DNA from: Candidatus Latescibacterota bacterium
GTDB taxonomy: Bacteria; Latescibacterota; UBA2968; UBA8231
Assembly (NCBI GenBank): GCA_965217585.1
Contig: OZ244561.1
Location: 5,952,001 to 6,016,000, forward strand
DNA: 64,000 bases
Direction of reading: 5' to 3'
The notes beneath the pieces were generated by a model. The model was given only the letters and a program-made list of their open reading frames with translations. It did not search any database and was not told the origin of the DNA. Made by a program: the position numbers and the translations under genes. Shown one piece after another: positions 1 to 9,757 of the stretch. Each line of letters begins with the position of its first letter. The first letter of the stretch is position 1.

Positions 1-1488
1 ACGCCTCAAGAGATTTCGGCCTTTATCCTCAAGGCGCTCAAAGAGCGGGCGAGCCGCGCCCTAGAGCGGCCTGTGTCCAAGGCGGTCATTACCGTACCGG
101 CCTATTTCACCGATGCCCAGCGGCAGGCCACCCGGGAAGCCGGCGATCTCGCCGGCCTAGAGGTCGTGCGGATCATCAACGAGCCCACGGCCGCGGCCCT
201 CAGTTACGAGAGCAGCAGCGAGGGACACCGCAAAATCCTCGTGTACGATCTGGGTGGGGGCACCTTCGACGTCTCGGTGGTGGGCATGGAAGCAGGTGTG
301 GTCGAGGTCTTGGCTTCCACCGGAGACAACCACTTAGGCGGCGACGATTTCGATCAGGTCCTTCTCGAGCGCCTCAACGCCCACCTCGAAACTGAGTTGG
401 GCCTCGCAGACGTCCGCCAGAACCGCCTTTTGCAGGCGCGGCTGCGACGGGCGGCCGAAGGGGCCAAAATCGAACTCTCTCGCCAGCCTTACACCCGCGT
501 GGAGGAGGACCACATCGCCTCGGTCAACGGCGAGGCCCTGCATCTTTCCTGCGAACTGAGCCGCGCCGACTTTGAGCGCGACCTAGAAGAGCCGCTCGCC
601 CGCACCATGCAGGCCGTCACTGGGGCACTCAACGACGCCGATGTGCGCCCCAGCCAACTCGACCGCATTCTGCTGGTGGGCGGTTCGACCCGCATTCCGC
701 GCATTGCCCAACTCCTTTCGGAGAGACTGGGGCAGGAGCCCCACGGCGGCGTGGACCCCGATTTGTGCGTGGCGCTGGGGGCCGCGGTGCAGGCGGGGAT
801 CGAAATGGGACAGACCGTGCGAGCCGTGCTGGTCGATATCACGCCCTATACTTTTGGGACCAGCGCCGTAGGGGAACTCTATGGCATGCCTTACGCCCAC
901 CAATTCATTCCCCTCATCCGGCGCAACGCCAAACTCCCGGCCACCCGGACCGAGGTGTTCTTCACTATGCACGAAGAACAAGAGACCGTGGAGATCAAAG
1001 TCTATCAGGGGGAAGATACAGACGCCTTGAAGAACGTGGAGATCGGCACCTTCCTCTTTGGCGACTTAAATCAGCAGAAAGGCGCTCAGGAGCAGGGCAT
1101 CCTCTTTACCTACAGCTTGGATCTCGACGGTCTCTTGAAAGTTCACGCAGTCGAACGGGCGACCGGCCGGGAAATCCGCGGCGTAGTCAATAATGCTCTG
1201 GGGCATTCCACCGAAGAAGAACTCAGCGCATCTAGGAAGCGGATCGAGGCGCTTTGGGGCGCGGAGGAAGCAGCATCCGTGGAGGAGGCCGGCCACGCCG
1301 AGAAATCCGCGGCGGTCAAGGATACCCTAGAGAGGGCCGCAGAAGCGCTCGATACGGCCCCAGCCGAAGATCGAGAAGAGATCGTCAATCTGGTGGAGGA
1401 TCTGCGCGACGCCCTGCAGGAAGGGTGTGCCGAGAAGGTCGCTGCTTGCAAGCGGGAACTCGACGAAATTCTCTTCTATTTGGAGTAG
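1..1488 (+). CDS. Hsp70/DnaK-family chaperone paralog (5' end outside window)
   Basis: Frame is open from base 1 ([14 protein letters not shown]...). Motifs [45 protein letters not shown]. Short C-terminus ending ILFYLE, unlike housekeeping DnaK. Confidence 0.93.
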   Translation, partial: TPQEISAFILKALKERASRALERPVSKAVITVPAYFTDAQRQATREAGDLAGLEVVRIINEPTAAALSYESSSEGHRKILVYDLGGGTFDVSVVGMEAGVVEVLASTGDNHLGGDDFDQVLLERLNAHLETELGLADVRQNRLLQARLRRAAEGAKIELSRQPYTRVEEDHIASVNGEALHLSCELSRADFERDLEEPLARTMQAVTGALNDADVRPSQLDRILLVGGSTRIPRIAQLLSERLGQEPHGGVDPDLCVALGAAVQAGIEMGQTVRAVLVDITPYTFGTSAVGELYGMPYAHQFIPLIRRNAKLPATRTEVFFTMHEEQETVEIKVYQGEDTDALKNVEIGTFLFGDLNQQKGAQEQGILFTYSLDLDGLLKVHAVERATGREIRGVVNNALGHSTEEELSASRKRIEALWGAEEAASVEEAGHAEKSAAVKDTLERAAEALDTAPAEDREEIVNLVEDLRDALQEGCAEKVAACKRELDEILFYLE

Positions 1489-1493
1489 CCCGC

Positions 1494-1799
1494 GTGGAAC
1501 GCTGTCCGACGTGTAAGGCCCAGCACCGAGGGGGCCTTTTCTGCCATCGCTGCAAGACCGATTTGCGCCAAGTGCTGGCGGTCGAACGGGCTGCGGACCG
1601 CCAGCGGCGGCACGCACGTGCGGCGCTTGAACGCGGTTGTAGGTCCCAAGCCCGCGCCTGCGCCCGCCGCGCCTGCGCCCTCCACCGATCCCCCGATTCC
1701 CTAAGGGTGCGGGCCCTAGTTGCTCTGGGGGACGGCGATTTCCCGCTGGCGCTGAGGCTTTGGCGGGAAATTCGGCAAGGGCGTGAGGCCGAGATATAG
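1494..1799 (+). CDS. small zinc-ribbon (CxxC..CxxC) protein with TPR-like helical tail
   Basis: GTG at 1494, 5 bp after the Hsp70 stop. CPTCK...CHRCK followed by an Ala/Arg-rich helical region. Confidence 0.7.
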   Translation: MERCPTCKAQHRGGLFCHRCKTDLRQVLAVERAADRQRRHARAALERGCRSQARACARRACALHRSPDSLRVRALVALGDGDFPLALRLWREIRQGREAEI

Positions 1800-1840
1800 C
1801 TCTTGGCGCTGGCGACCGGGCCGAAAGTGCCGACCTGATA
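1788..1840 (-). pseudogene. remnant of a serine hydrolase paralog (21-bp internal deletion)
   Basis: 1788-1807 is identical to 2767-2786. 1808-1840 matches 2808-2840 at 27/33. 2787-2807 has no counterpart. Confidence 0.7.
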
Positions 1841-1857
1841 AAGGACGGTCTCCTCCT

Positions 1858-1935
1858 TCAGTCGATCAGTACTTTTTCGCGGCGTTGGGCGCTGTCGTAT
1901 AGGGCGTTGAGCACCTGCATGAGGCGATAGGCGTC
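1858..1935 (-). pseudogene. 3' remnant resembling a Gfo/Idh/MocA oxidoreductase C-terminus
   Basis: Translates DAYRLMQVLNALYDSAQRREKVLID*, followed by an RBS-like AAGGAGGAG. Confidence 0.45.
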
Positions 1936-1949
1936 TGGGCGCGGGGGGA

Positions 1950-3071
1950 TCAACCAGACGGAACTTCACTGGCGAGAATGCGGTCAATCACGGCCTTGGC
2001 ATCGCCGCACCAGCGCAGGACGATGACCAGCTCGCGCTCCGGCTCGACGAAGACGATGTTGCCGCCGGCCCCGCGCGCCGCAAAACTTTCGAGACAGGCC
2101 AAATCGGACATGTCGTGTTGGTGGTTGAGCCACCACAGGAAGCCGTACTCGGGCTTGATGGAGCAGGGGGTGAGGGAGTGGTCAATCCATTGTTCGGAGA
2201 GGATTTGTCGGCCGTTCCAGCGCCCTCGCCGCTGGAAGAGCAGGCCAAAGCGGGCGTGGCCGTAGGTGGCGATCCACAGGCCGCCGCCCCAGTGCGTGCC
2301 GCCGGAGACGGATTGGACCCTTTGCCCGCCTTCCTCGACCCAAGAGGTTTCGTACCCGTGCCATTCCCAAGTGGGAGAGGCCCCAATGGGGTCCATGATG
2401 GTTTCTTTGAGCACTGGAGGTAAGGGGCCACGGAAAAGGCGCAACAGGCTGAGGGCGGTGCGGTTGACGCGGACGTCGTTGTATTCCCAAAAGGTGCCGG
2501 GCGGTTCCAGAGACCGGTAATCGTCGGCGCTGGAGGCCGCGCCGCCCACCGTGGCTTCGGCGGCACCTTGGCCCAGTTGGCGGCCGCGGTCAATCCAGTC
2601 GGGGAGGCCGAAGAGTTCGCCTTCCCACTCGCTGGTTTGTTGCAGCAAATGCCGCCAAGTGATGGAGGCGTTGTGGGCGCTGTCAAAGCCGCTGTCGGCG
2701 ACCGTGCGGCCGACGGGTTCGTCCAGATCGCGTATTAGCCCTTGGTCGAAGGCGACCCCGGCCAGCGCCGAGATATAGCTCTTGGCACAACTGAACGTGA
2801 CTTCGACGCTAGCGACTGGGCCGAAGGAGGCGACCAGATATCCTTGCCGCACGATCAGGCCGGCTGTGGCTCTCCGTTTTTTGAGTGGGCCTAACGGACG
2901 GTCGTTGGGGTGGCGGTCGCCCTTGGGCAGCATGGTGGCCAAATTGGTGGAGGCTTGGATCTCTTGGGTCTGGGCGAAGGCCAATGCCGCGGCTAGTTTG
3001 TCGGCGTCGAAGCCGGCTTGGGCGGGGCTGCGGCGCAGCCAATCGTGGGGGGTGGGGCAGTAGGTAGTCAT
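1950..3071 (-). CDS. serine hydrolase, beta-lactamase/NylB-like family
   Basis: SxxK motif FSCAKS, ITWRHLLQQTS, WEYND, YGFLWW. Probable ATG at 3071. Confidence 0.9.
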   Translation of the reverse strand: MTTYCPTPHDWLRRSPAQAGFDADKLAAALAFAQTQEIQASTNLATMLPKGDRHPNDRPLGPLKKRRATAGLIVRQGYLVASFGPVASVEVTFSCAKSYISALAGVAFDQGLIRDLDEPVGRTVADSGFDSAHNASITWRHLLQQTSEWEGELFGLPDWIDRGRQLGQGAAEATVGGAASSADDYRSLEPPGTFWEYNDVRVNRTALSLLRLFRGPLPPVLKETIMDPIGASPTWEWHGYETSWVEEGGQRVQSVSGGTHWGGGLWIATYGHARFGLLFQRRGRWNGRQILSEQWIDHSLTPCSIKPEYGFLWWLNHQHDMSDLACLESFAARGAGGNIVFVEPERELVIVLRWCGDAKAVIDRILASEVPSG

Positions 3072-3075
3072 AGCA

Positions 3076-4050
3076 CTACACCTCTCCATCGAGGGCCCGG
3101 AGCAACGCCTTTGTGTAGCCCACGGCAAAGGCAGTGGCCGCGCGCTGTCCGTCGTCGTCGTCGTAGTGCGGCAGGTGATCCATCTGCAAGCCGCCGTTGA
3201 AACCCACCTCGCGCAGCGTCTCGAGCACGGCGAACATATTCATGTCGCCGTCGTCGATCCCAACTTCGGCGTAACCGCCGTTGGGCACCGTTCCCTCGAC
3301 GTTGCGGAAGTGGGTGTGGAAGATCTTCCCCTGCTGACCCCAGTGGCGGATGTCGTCCAGAATGCCGTCCCCGAGGGCTTCGTAGCGGGTGCCGATGCAG
3401 TAGAGCAGACCGCTGTGGTCGCTGGGCACTGCGGCCAAGATATCCGTCCAGCGCCGGGGGGAGAGTTCGCTATCGGGCAGGGGTGGGTCGGAGGGATGGA
3501 CGATGAGCCGCACGTCGCAGGCCTCGGCCACGGGTACGAGCCGTTCGTACATGGACACGCAGCGCTGCCAGTGCTCCTCTGGGTCGAAGGGCTCGAGGGG
3601 ATCGGTGGCGAGGCTCTGCCGCAGGCGCTCCGCATCGAAAGCACCCATGCGGTAGCCGCCGCGGTGGGTCTTGGTGTAGCCGCCGCGGTAGCCTGGGTTG
3701 TGGTGCCGGTACGCCGGCGTCTGCGCCAGATGGACGGGCATCGACATGAATGGAATTCCCACGCGCCCGATGATCTCGATCGCGGTACACAGGGCGTCGA
3801 GCTGCGCCTCGCCACCGGGCTCGCCGCTCAGGAAGTGGACTGGTTCGGCCGGGGTGACGCGGTAGATGTGCAGTCCAGCCGCCTCGACCCGGGCCTTTAG
3901 CATGCGCAACTCCTCCAAGTGCGGGTAGCCCTGCTCGGCGAACCTGGGCAGGCTTTCCGCGTTGTGGATGTCGAGGCCGTCAGCGCCGATCTGCACGGCG
4001 AAGCGCAAGTAGTCGTCGGAGAGATCGCGCTGGCGTACGAGGACTTTCAT
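3076..4050 (-). CDS. mannonate dehydratase (UxuA)-like TIM-barrel protein
   Basis: LVPVAEACDVRLIVHPSDPP, HFRNVEG, DDGDMNM, MDHLP, FAVGY. ATG at 4050 after GGAGA. Confidence 0.85.
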   Translation of the reverse strand: MKVLVRQRDLSDDYLRFAVQIGADGLDIHNAESLPRFAEQGYPHLEELRMLKARVEAAGLHIYRVTPAEPVHFLSGEPGGEAQLDALCTAIEIIGRVGIPFMSMPVHLAQTPAYRHHNPGYRGGYTKTHRGGYRMGAFDAERLRQSLATDPLEPFDPEEHWQRCVSMYERLVPVAEACDVRLIVHPSDPPLPDSELSPRRWTDILAAVPSDHSGLLYCIGTRYEALGDGILDDIRHWGQQGKIFHTHFRNVEGTVPNGGYAEVGIDDGDMNMFAVLETLREVGFNGGLQMDHLPHYDDDDGQRAATAFAVGYTKALLRALDGEV

Positions 4051-4289
4051 CGGTGAATCTCCGGCATTAGGGGTCGCGTCAGCAGCCTTTACAGAGTATG
4101 CAAAGTATTGAAAAATGCCATAGCGGACAATCCGCTCACTACTCCCGGAGACGGCCCCAGCCTGCAATCGATCTTCAGTTCAATGACCCGGATGGTTATA
4201 TTGTGCAGATATTCGACCCGATTGACCCGTGCGAGCATCTGGTAGGGTCATCTCGACCATGTGCATCGTCAGCGCCGCAAGAGACCTTT

Positions 4290-5531
4290 ATGCAGAAAAA
4301 CCAGTGCCCAATTCACCTATGGCGGTGTTGTGTGTGCCTGTTGATCATGACGCTGCAGGGAGCCCAGACCATGTCCGCCCAGAACAGGTCGGCCAGTACG
4401 AGCGGAAGCCCCAAACAGGTCATGGGGCTGGAAAAGGTGATCGCCTTCTACGGAGCCTACCCGGAACTCGAATCGCAGACCTTTACCAGAGGCGGTGATT
4501 GGAAGTATTGGCAGGCTAGGGGCGGGATCGTCTCCGAGGGGGTGGTCCACTATAATTTTCTGCGCAAGAACGTCGACGAGGCTGCCGATGTCTTGGCCCG
4601 GATGGACTTTGCAGACAATCCCAACCCGGTGATCAACATCGACGAGTTCGGCTGGGACTACGACGGAGGCATCGACCAGCATACGGCCGCGATCCTCCAG
4701 GCCGTGCACGAGAAGAGGCCGGACCTGAAAATCACAGTCTGGCAGATGCGAGGCCCGGTTGCGCCGGAGTTGGCGGCGGTGTACCGGCAGACGGTCGAGC
4801 TGGTTTTGCTGGAGACCTATTTCGACCTCAACGACGCGTGGATGATCCCGTTTCAGCTTCAGGCCGCGCGGCTTACCGGCCTCCTCGACAAGTGCGTGGT
4901 GGCCCTCGGTCTGGGCAAGGAGAGCGAGGACAAGGGCAACCATAGATGGACCCAGACGGCGGAAGAACTAGAACAACAGATCCGCCTGATCCGCTTTGTC
5001 GCGCCCGAGTCGCCCGGCGTGGGGTTCTTTGGCAAGTGGAAGCTCAAGGAGAACAATTGTCCGCTGACGGACGAACAGCTGGACGAGATCTGCGGCCGGT
5101 TCCTAGAGACTCCCACCGACGGCAGTGGCCTCGCGCCTGAGCTGCTCGAACTGGGGAAGGTGTTCACCAAGCGCTACGAAAAGCCAGCCATCTTCTGTTC
5201 GTCGGAGTTCGCACTGCCGCATTTCCACTCTGGCCACGATGGAGGTCCTTGGGGTAGCATGCATGAACCTCCGACCGTGCGCCTATTGATGATGAATCTG
5301 GGTCAAGAGGACGCCAGCGGCGTCAAAGCGCGATTGCGAAGTCCGGGAGCGGAGGGCGAAGTCTGGGCCAGTGGACAGGTAGACATCCCGGCCCGGTCCG
5401 TCGTGGTCGCCCTGCTGGACATACTGCCGGGCAAGCAATACAATGGCTGGACGGGCACCGAGGTTTTGGAGGTTGAAGCGCCGGGAGCCGCGGTGTTCAA
5501 TTTCAAGGATTCTCGTTTCCACGAAAGATAG
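4290..5531 (+). CDS. hypothetical exported protein
   Basis: Long ORF with a hydrophobic signal-like segment. Start uncertain (4290-4371). No family recognised. Confidence 0.7.
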   Translation: MQKNQCPIHLWRCCVCLLIMTLQGAQTMSAQNRSASTSGSPKQVMGLEKVIAFYGAYPELESQTFTRGGDWKYWQARGGIVSEGVVHYNFLRKNVDEAADVLARMDFADNPNPVINIDEFGWDYDGGIDQHTAAILQAVHEKRPDLKITVWQMRGPVAPELAAVYRQTVELVLLETYFDLNDAWMIPFQLQAARLTGLLDKCVVALGLGKESEDKGNHRWTQTAEELEQQIRLIRFVAPESPGVGFFGKWKLKENNCPLTDEQLDEICGRFLETPTDGSGLAPELLELGKVFTKRYEKPAIFCSSEFALPHFHSGHDGGPWGSMHEPPTVRLLMMNLGQEDASGVKARLRSPGAEGEVWASGQVDIPARSVVVALLDILPGKQYNGWTGTEVLEVEAPGAAVFNFKDSRFHER

Positions 5532-5546
5532 AGGGATGACTCCGAA

Positions 5547-7793
5547 TCAGCGACACTGCGCTCCTGCCGACGCCACCAATTCGATCCGATATTGAGGATG
5601 GCAGTCCATCTCCAGGGCGGCGTGGGCGAAAAAGGGATACACACTCCACTCGACGCAGGCCAAGAGATCGGGCTTGCCGTCGCCGTTGAGATCCCCGGCC
5701 CAGGCGCTGGGGCCGTGGATGGTACAGGCAATGGGGGTGCCGTAGCACTTGAATTGCCGGGGGGCCGCAAAGACGGGCTCTTGCGGTGAGCCGACATTGC
5801 GCAAGAGGTAGATTTCGCCCGTGCCAGCGAGATTGTAGATGAGATCGATCAAGCCATCGCCGTCCCAGTCGCAGGCGCGGAAGGATTCGGTCCAGTGTTT
5901 TTGCCGGCCGACAATGCTATCGTCAATGGGGCGGCCGTCCTCCAATAGCACCGGGCCGGCCGCTCTGACCCGCGGCTGGCCATCGCTGTGCATGTACTGG
6001 ATAAAAAGCGTGGCTTGGCGCTGATAGTTGTGGGTGATAAAATCCATCAGACCGTCGCCGTTCCAGTCGGCAAAAGCAGCGCCCGTGCGCCAGAAGAAAG
6101 GCGAGCGAGGGTCGGTTGGGTAGGGATGATTGGGCAAGTTGGGGTCGGTGCCCAAAAGACCCGATTCGGCTCGGGTCTGGGGCGAATCGGGGAAGCCTTC
6201 CACTTCGATGAATTGGCGCGGCCCAAAATAAGGGACTTTGTCAGTACCTATATTGCGATACCAGATAATGCGGTTGGTCTCGTTGGGCAGCATCAGGTCG
6301 AGCAGGCCGTCGCCGTCCCAATCGACCAGCACGGGATAGGGGTAGCCCATATTGTGCCAGTGGTCGCCGCCCAGCAAATCGCCGCGCAGTACCCGGATGG
6401 GCCCCTCAGTAGAGGGGATCAATTGCGGTTCGTCAAAGGCGGGACGCTGGTTATCGCCCCGGTTGTGCACTAGGCGCGGCCAGCCGTAGCCGCCGCCAAT
6501 GACCAAATCCCAAACCCCGTCATTGTCCCAGTCCGCGGCGCAGGGCCAGGCCTGGTCACTCCAAGAGACCGGAGGCGATGGGGCTTGGAGGAGGCCGCGC
6601 CTCACTAGCTGGCCGGGACCGGTCAATTCATAAAAGACTAGATGCTGATAGGTGTTGCACTGCAACAGGAGACCGGGGTGCGGCTCTTGGCTGGCGGCTA
6701 GTTGGGTGTAGTCCGCGGCGTCGGGTATGTCGGGCAGGGCTTGGGGCGGACCGTACTGGATGGGATTGGTGCCAGTGAGACAGCGCCAGCAGAGCGCGCA
6801 CGGCTGGTCTGGGGGCGGATAGGCGGAAGCCCTCCCTTCCAGGCCGATCAGTTCCAAACGACCGTCGCCATCTAGGTCGAGAAAGGCGATGTGCGGGCCA
6901 CTGCCCAAGTCTTGGGGTGGGCCGGGCCGGAAGGGAGCACCGGTGGCCGCGAGATTGGCAATGAGGTGGCCGTTGACCACCAGATCGACCGCGCCGTTGC
7001 CGGTGATGTCTTGCAGAATTAGGTGCTCAATGGTAACAAAAGGGGTCTCAATGGAGCCATGGGGGGCAAAGAGCGGTAGGTTGCCCTCGTCGCACTGGCC
7101 GGTGTTGCGAAAGAAGGAGACCTCGCTGCGGCTGCGGTCGGCAAAGGCCAAGTCGACCAGCCCATTGCCGTCCATATCGGCAAAGGCGGCTCGCACGTAC
7201 ACGCCGGGAAAGTGCTTTAACTCGCCGTCCTCGACATAGCGCAGGCGCGCCATATCGCCAAAGAGCAAGTCCTCTGCGGTGCCAATGCGCGGACAGCAGA
7301 CCAAGCCGCTTATGGGCGCACCGGGCCGGTGGTAGTAATTCCAGCAGCCCGCCAGGTCGGCCCGGCCGTCGCCGGTCAGGTCGACCAGATGCAGGGAATT
7401 GCTCAGGACCAAGGGGCGTGGGTTAGGGGCGTTGTAGCGCAGCAGGTCGCCGTTGCCCACCAAGGGGACATAGGACTGCGGCACTAGCGCCGGCCGGCAG
7501 TCGGCCGTGGCAAAGCGGATTTCGTATTCAATGTGGTCGGGCTCGTCTATGGTCCACTCAATGCGGCCCCGATCGCCGTAGGATAGGTCCTCGCTGCGGG
7601 CAAAAGCGACGGGTGCACCGCTGGCGAGATTGACTACGATAATGGAATTGGGATCGAGCACGCCCCGGGCCCCGGCCTGGGCAATGAGACGGCCAAAGTC
7701 GACGACGGGCGAAAAGGGAATGCGGCCCCAATCGCTGGGCAGGGGCGAAGTAATGATGAGTCGGCAGCGGAGCACGTTTAGCGAGACTCGCAC
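5547..7793 (-). CDS. FG-GAP/VCBS-repeat beta-propeller protein
   Basis: Multiple DxDGDGxxDL repeats (DLTGDGRADL, DWDNDGVWDL, DWDGDGLLDL, DWNGDGLMDF, DLNGDGKPDL). Confidence 0.9.
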   Translation of the reverse strand: MRVSLNVLRCRLIITSPLPSDWGRIPFSPVVDFGRLIAQAGARGVLDPNSIIVVNLASGAPVAFARSEDLSYGDRGRIEWTIDEPDHIEYEIRFATADCRPALVPQSYVPLVGNGDLLRYNAPNPRPLVLSNSLHLVDLTGDGRADLAGCWNYYHRPGAPISGLVCCPRIGTAEDLLFGDMARLRYVEDGELKHFPGVYVRAAFADMDGNGLVDLAFADRSRSEVSFFRNTGQCDEGNLPLFAPHGSIETPFVTIEHLILQDITGNGAVDLVVNGHLIANLAATGAPFRPGPPQDLGSGPHIAFLDLDGDGRLELIGLEGRASAYPPPDQPCALCWRCLTGTNPIQYGPPQALPDIPDAADYTQLAASQEPHPGLLLQCNTYQHLVFYELTGPGQLVRRGLLQAPSPPVSWSDQAWPCAADWDNDGVWDLVIGGGYGWPRLVHNRGDNQRPAFDEPQLIPSTEGPIRVLRGDLLGGDHWHNMGYPYPVLVDWDGDGLLDLMLPNETNRIIWYRNIGTDKVPYFGPRQFIEVEGFPDSPQTRAESGLLGTDPNLPNHPYPTDPRSPFFWRTGAAFADWNGDGLMDFITHNYQRQATLFIQYMHSDGQPRVRAAGPVLLEDGRPIDDSIVGRQKHWTESFRACDWDGDGLIDLIYNLAGTGEIYLLRNVGSPQEPVFAAPRQFKCYGTPIACTIHGPSAWAGDLNGDGKPDLLACVEWSVYPFFAHAALEMDCHPQYRIELVASAGAQCR

Positions 7794-9145
7794 TTTTGCA
7801 GGGCCTGCCCTATAGCGCGCTGCACCGCGGCCACGTACTGATCCGTGGTACAGCCCCGCACGCGGGTCTCAAAGCCGTGGGCACCAAAGCCGGGGACAAT
7901 CTCTTCGCGGATGCGCTTCTCCGGGTCGTTGAAGTAATAGGGCTGGGTGCGGCGCAGGAACTCGGGCAGGTCCGCCCCCTCGGTGCGATACAGGGCGGGG
8001 TTGGCCAGAATGACTTGGGGCTCGTCGCCGGGTATGGCCGGTCGCCGGGGGACGGCCAGATCGCCCATGAGCACCTCCTCTTTCAGTTCGGGGGCCCAGT
8101 GACTGATGGCGTAGGTCGGACCGGGTTCTATCCACGGGCCAATGCGCCGCCGCACGACGACGAATTCGTACCACTTTTCCAACTCGTCCAGCAAGTGGGG
8201 CGGCAGGCCGCTCTGGTCTTGGTACTGGCTGCGGTCGCCCTGGGCGCGGAGGTGGTTGAAGACCATGAACCAATTGACTAGATCGCGGATGCCGCGGGGG
8301 ACTTTGGTATAGCGCTCAGTGCCCCGGGGACTGCACACGTCCACCAGCACCACGTGGGGCATATGGGCGCTCAAGTGGCGCATGAACTCGGGAGCAAAGC
8401 CATTGCGCTGAAAGCGCTCGGTATAGTGGGGCACGGTCAGGCGCATGGAGAGGTGCGAGGGGGTGCGCTCGTAGCGCACGGCAAAGTCGCCGGCCAAATG
8501 CGGCTCTAGGGGATCGACGACAAAGAGGCGGCCGTAGCGCTCGTTGCCGACCACGACTATAGACCTTTGGGTGTGGGCGCGGAAATGGCGCAGGAAATCG
8601 AGCAGGCCGCGCGCCTCCCAGGCGGCCCGCTGGACTTCGAGGCAGTCCTGGTCGGTCAGGCGGCAATCCTCCTCCTGCTGGGGCGGGAGGATCGCCAAAG
8701 CGTCAAAGGCGCAACGCCGTCCAGCCTCGTCCTGAGGCCAGGTCGGCTGGCGTTTTGCCTCGGAGGCGTAGCGCCGGTACTCCAGTTCCCGCTGCAAAAG
8801 GTCATCCGGGTCGAATTGGCCCAGACTAGTCGCCCGGCGCCGCTGGTCCAAATCGGCGATGCGAGCTTGGATATCGCCGCTGGACAGGTGGCTCACCAAG
8901 GCCGGGGTCAAGGTCACGCCATCGTGGTTCTGGGTGTTTATTCCGGCCATCCAGGCGGCCAGGGTTTCGAGGTGTTTTAGGGCCTGGGCACCGGTGCGGC
9001 CGGCGAAGAAAGGGGTCAAGTCCTGGGTGGGCAGTCCTAGGATTTGGACTGTGGCCGGAGGAATGGACCTTGTTTTCGGGTGGGACAAAGCGGCTAGCTC
9101 CTGTGGCTTGGGCACTTGGGGAGGCGAGTGCCCTTGTTGGTGCAA
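7778..9145 (-). CDS. hypothetical protein
   Basis: 455-aa ORF that overlaps the next gene by 16 bp. Family not recognised; start uncertain. Confidence 0.75.
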   Translation of the reverse strand: MHQQGHSPPQVPKPQELAALSHPKTRSIPPATVQILGLPTQDLTPFFAGRTGAQALKHLETLAAWMAGINTQNHDGVTLTPALVSHLSSGDIQARIADLDQRRRATSLGQFDPDDLLQRELEYRRYASEAKRQPTWPQDEAGRRCAFDALAILPPQQEEDCRLTDQDCLEVQRAAWEARGLLDFLRHFRAHTQRSIVVVGNERYGRLFVVDPLEPHLAGDFAVRYERTPSHLSMRLTVPHYTERFQRNGFAPEFMRHLSAHMPHVVLVDVCSPRGTERYTKVPRGIRDLVNWFMVFNHLRAQGDRSQYQDQSGLPPHLLDELEKWYEFVVVRRRIGPWIEPGPTYAISHWAPELKEEVLMGDLAVPRRPAIPGDEPQVILANPALYRTEGADLPEFLRRTQPYYFNDPEKRIREEIVPGFGAHGFETRVRGCTTDQYVAAVQRAIGQALQKCESR

Positions 9146-9171
9146 CTACGGGATTCTCGTACGTTAGCTCT

Positions 9172-9252
9172 ATCATATCTGCTCGGAGAGCGACACGCCA
9201 TGAGCGAAGGAAATATCGCAAAATTCAAGCTGGATAAAAAGAACCCACCGCG
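9172..9252 (+). pseudogene. BrnT-toxin 3' end / antitoxin 5' end remnant
   Basis: IISARRATRHERRKYRKIQAG* (9172-9237) overlaps MSEGNIAKFKLDKKNPP (ATG at 9200). Confidence 0.6.
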
Positions 9253-9386
9253 TCGTTGGAATAGGTGCCGGAAGAATTCCAGCGGATGCGCTCCTTTTCC
9301 CCGACGCTCAGCTCCCGGCCCGCCCGGTGGGCTCGTTCGACCAGTTGGCCGGCTACCCCCTCAAGAAAGCGAAATAGGAATGAGTC

Positions 9387-9722
9387 ATGATCTATAAAGT
9401 CGAGAAGGACCAGAGGAATTTAGCCGCTTTTGACGTGCCCGGTGCCACGGTGCAGGTTTCCGATCCCATTATTGGCGTCGGTGACAAACTGTCGGCCGGT
9501 TTTACCGAGTATCTAGAGGCCAGTCGGTTGACGTGGACCTTTGATTACGACGAGGTCTTTTTTATGTTGGAGGGGCGCTTGGAGATCCAAGTCGCGGGTC
9601 AGGAGCCGGTGCAATACGAGGCAGGTGACTTGGGTTATATTGAGAAGGGTACGCAGACGATCATCACCGTGCCGGAACGAGCCTATTTGCTGCATGTCAC
9701 CCACCCAGCGTGGCGGAGGTGA
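9387..9722 (+). CDS. EutQ-like cupin
   Basis: LSAGF...WTFDYDEVFFMLEG...AGDLGYIEKG...VTHPAW. Confidence 0.85.
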   Translation: MIYKVEKDQRNLAAFDVPGATVQVSDPIIGVGDKLSAGFTEYLEASRLTWTFDYDEVFFMLEGRLEIQVAGQEPVQYEAGDLGYIEKGTQTIITVPERAYLLHVTHPAWRR

Positions 9723-9757
9723 AGGTGACTTTCGAGCCTAGGAGGGCAAGAGAGCGG

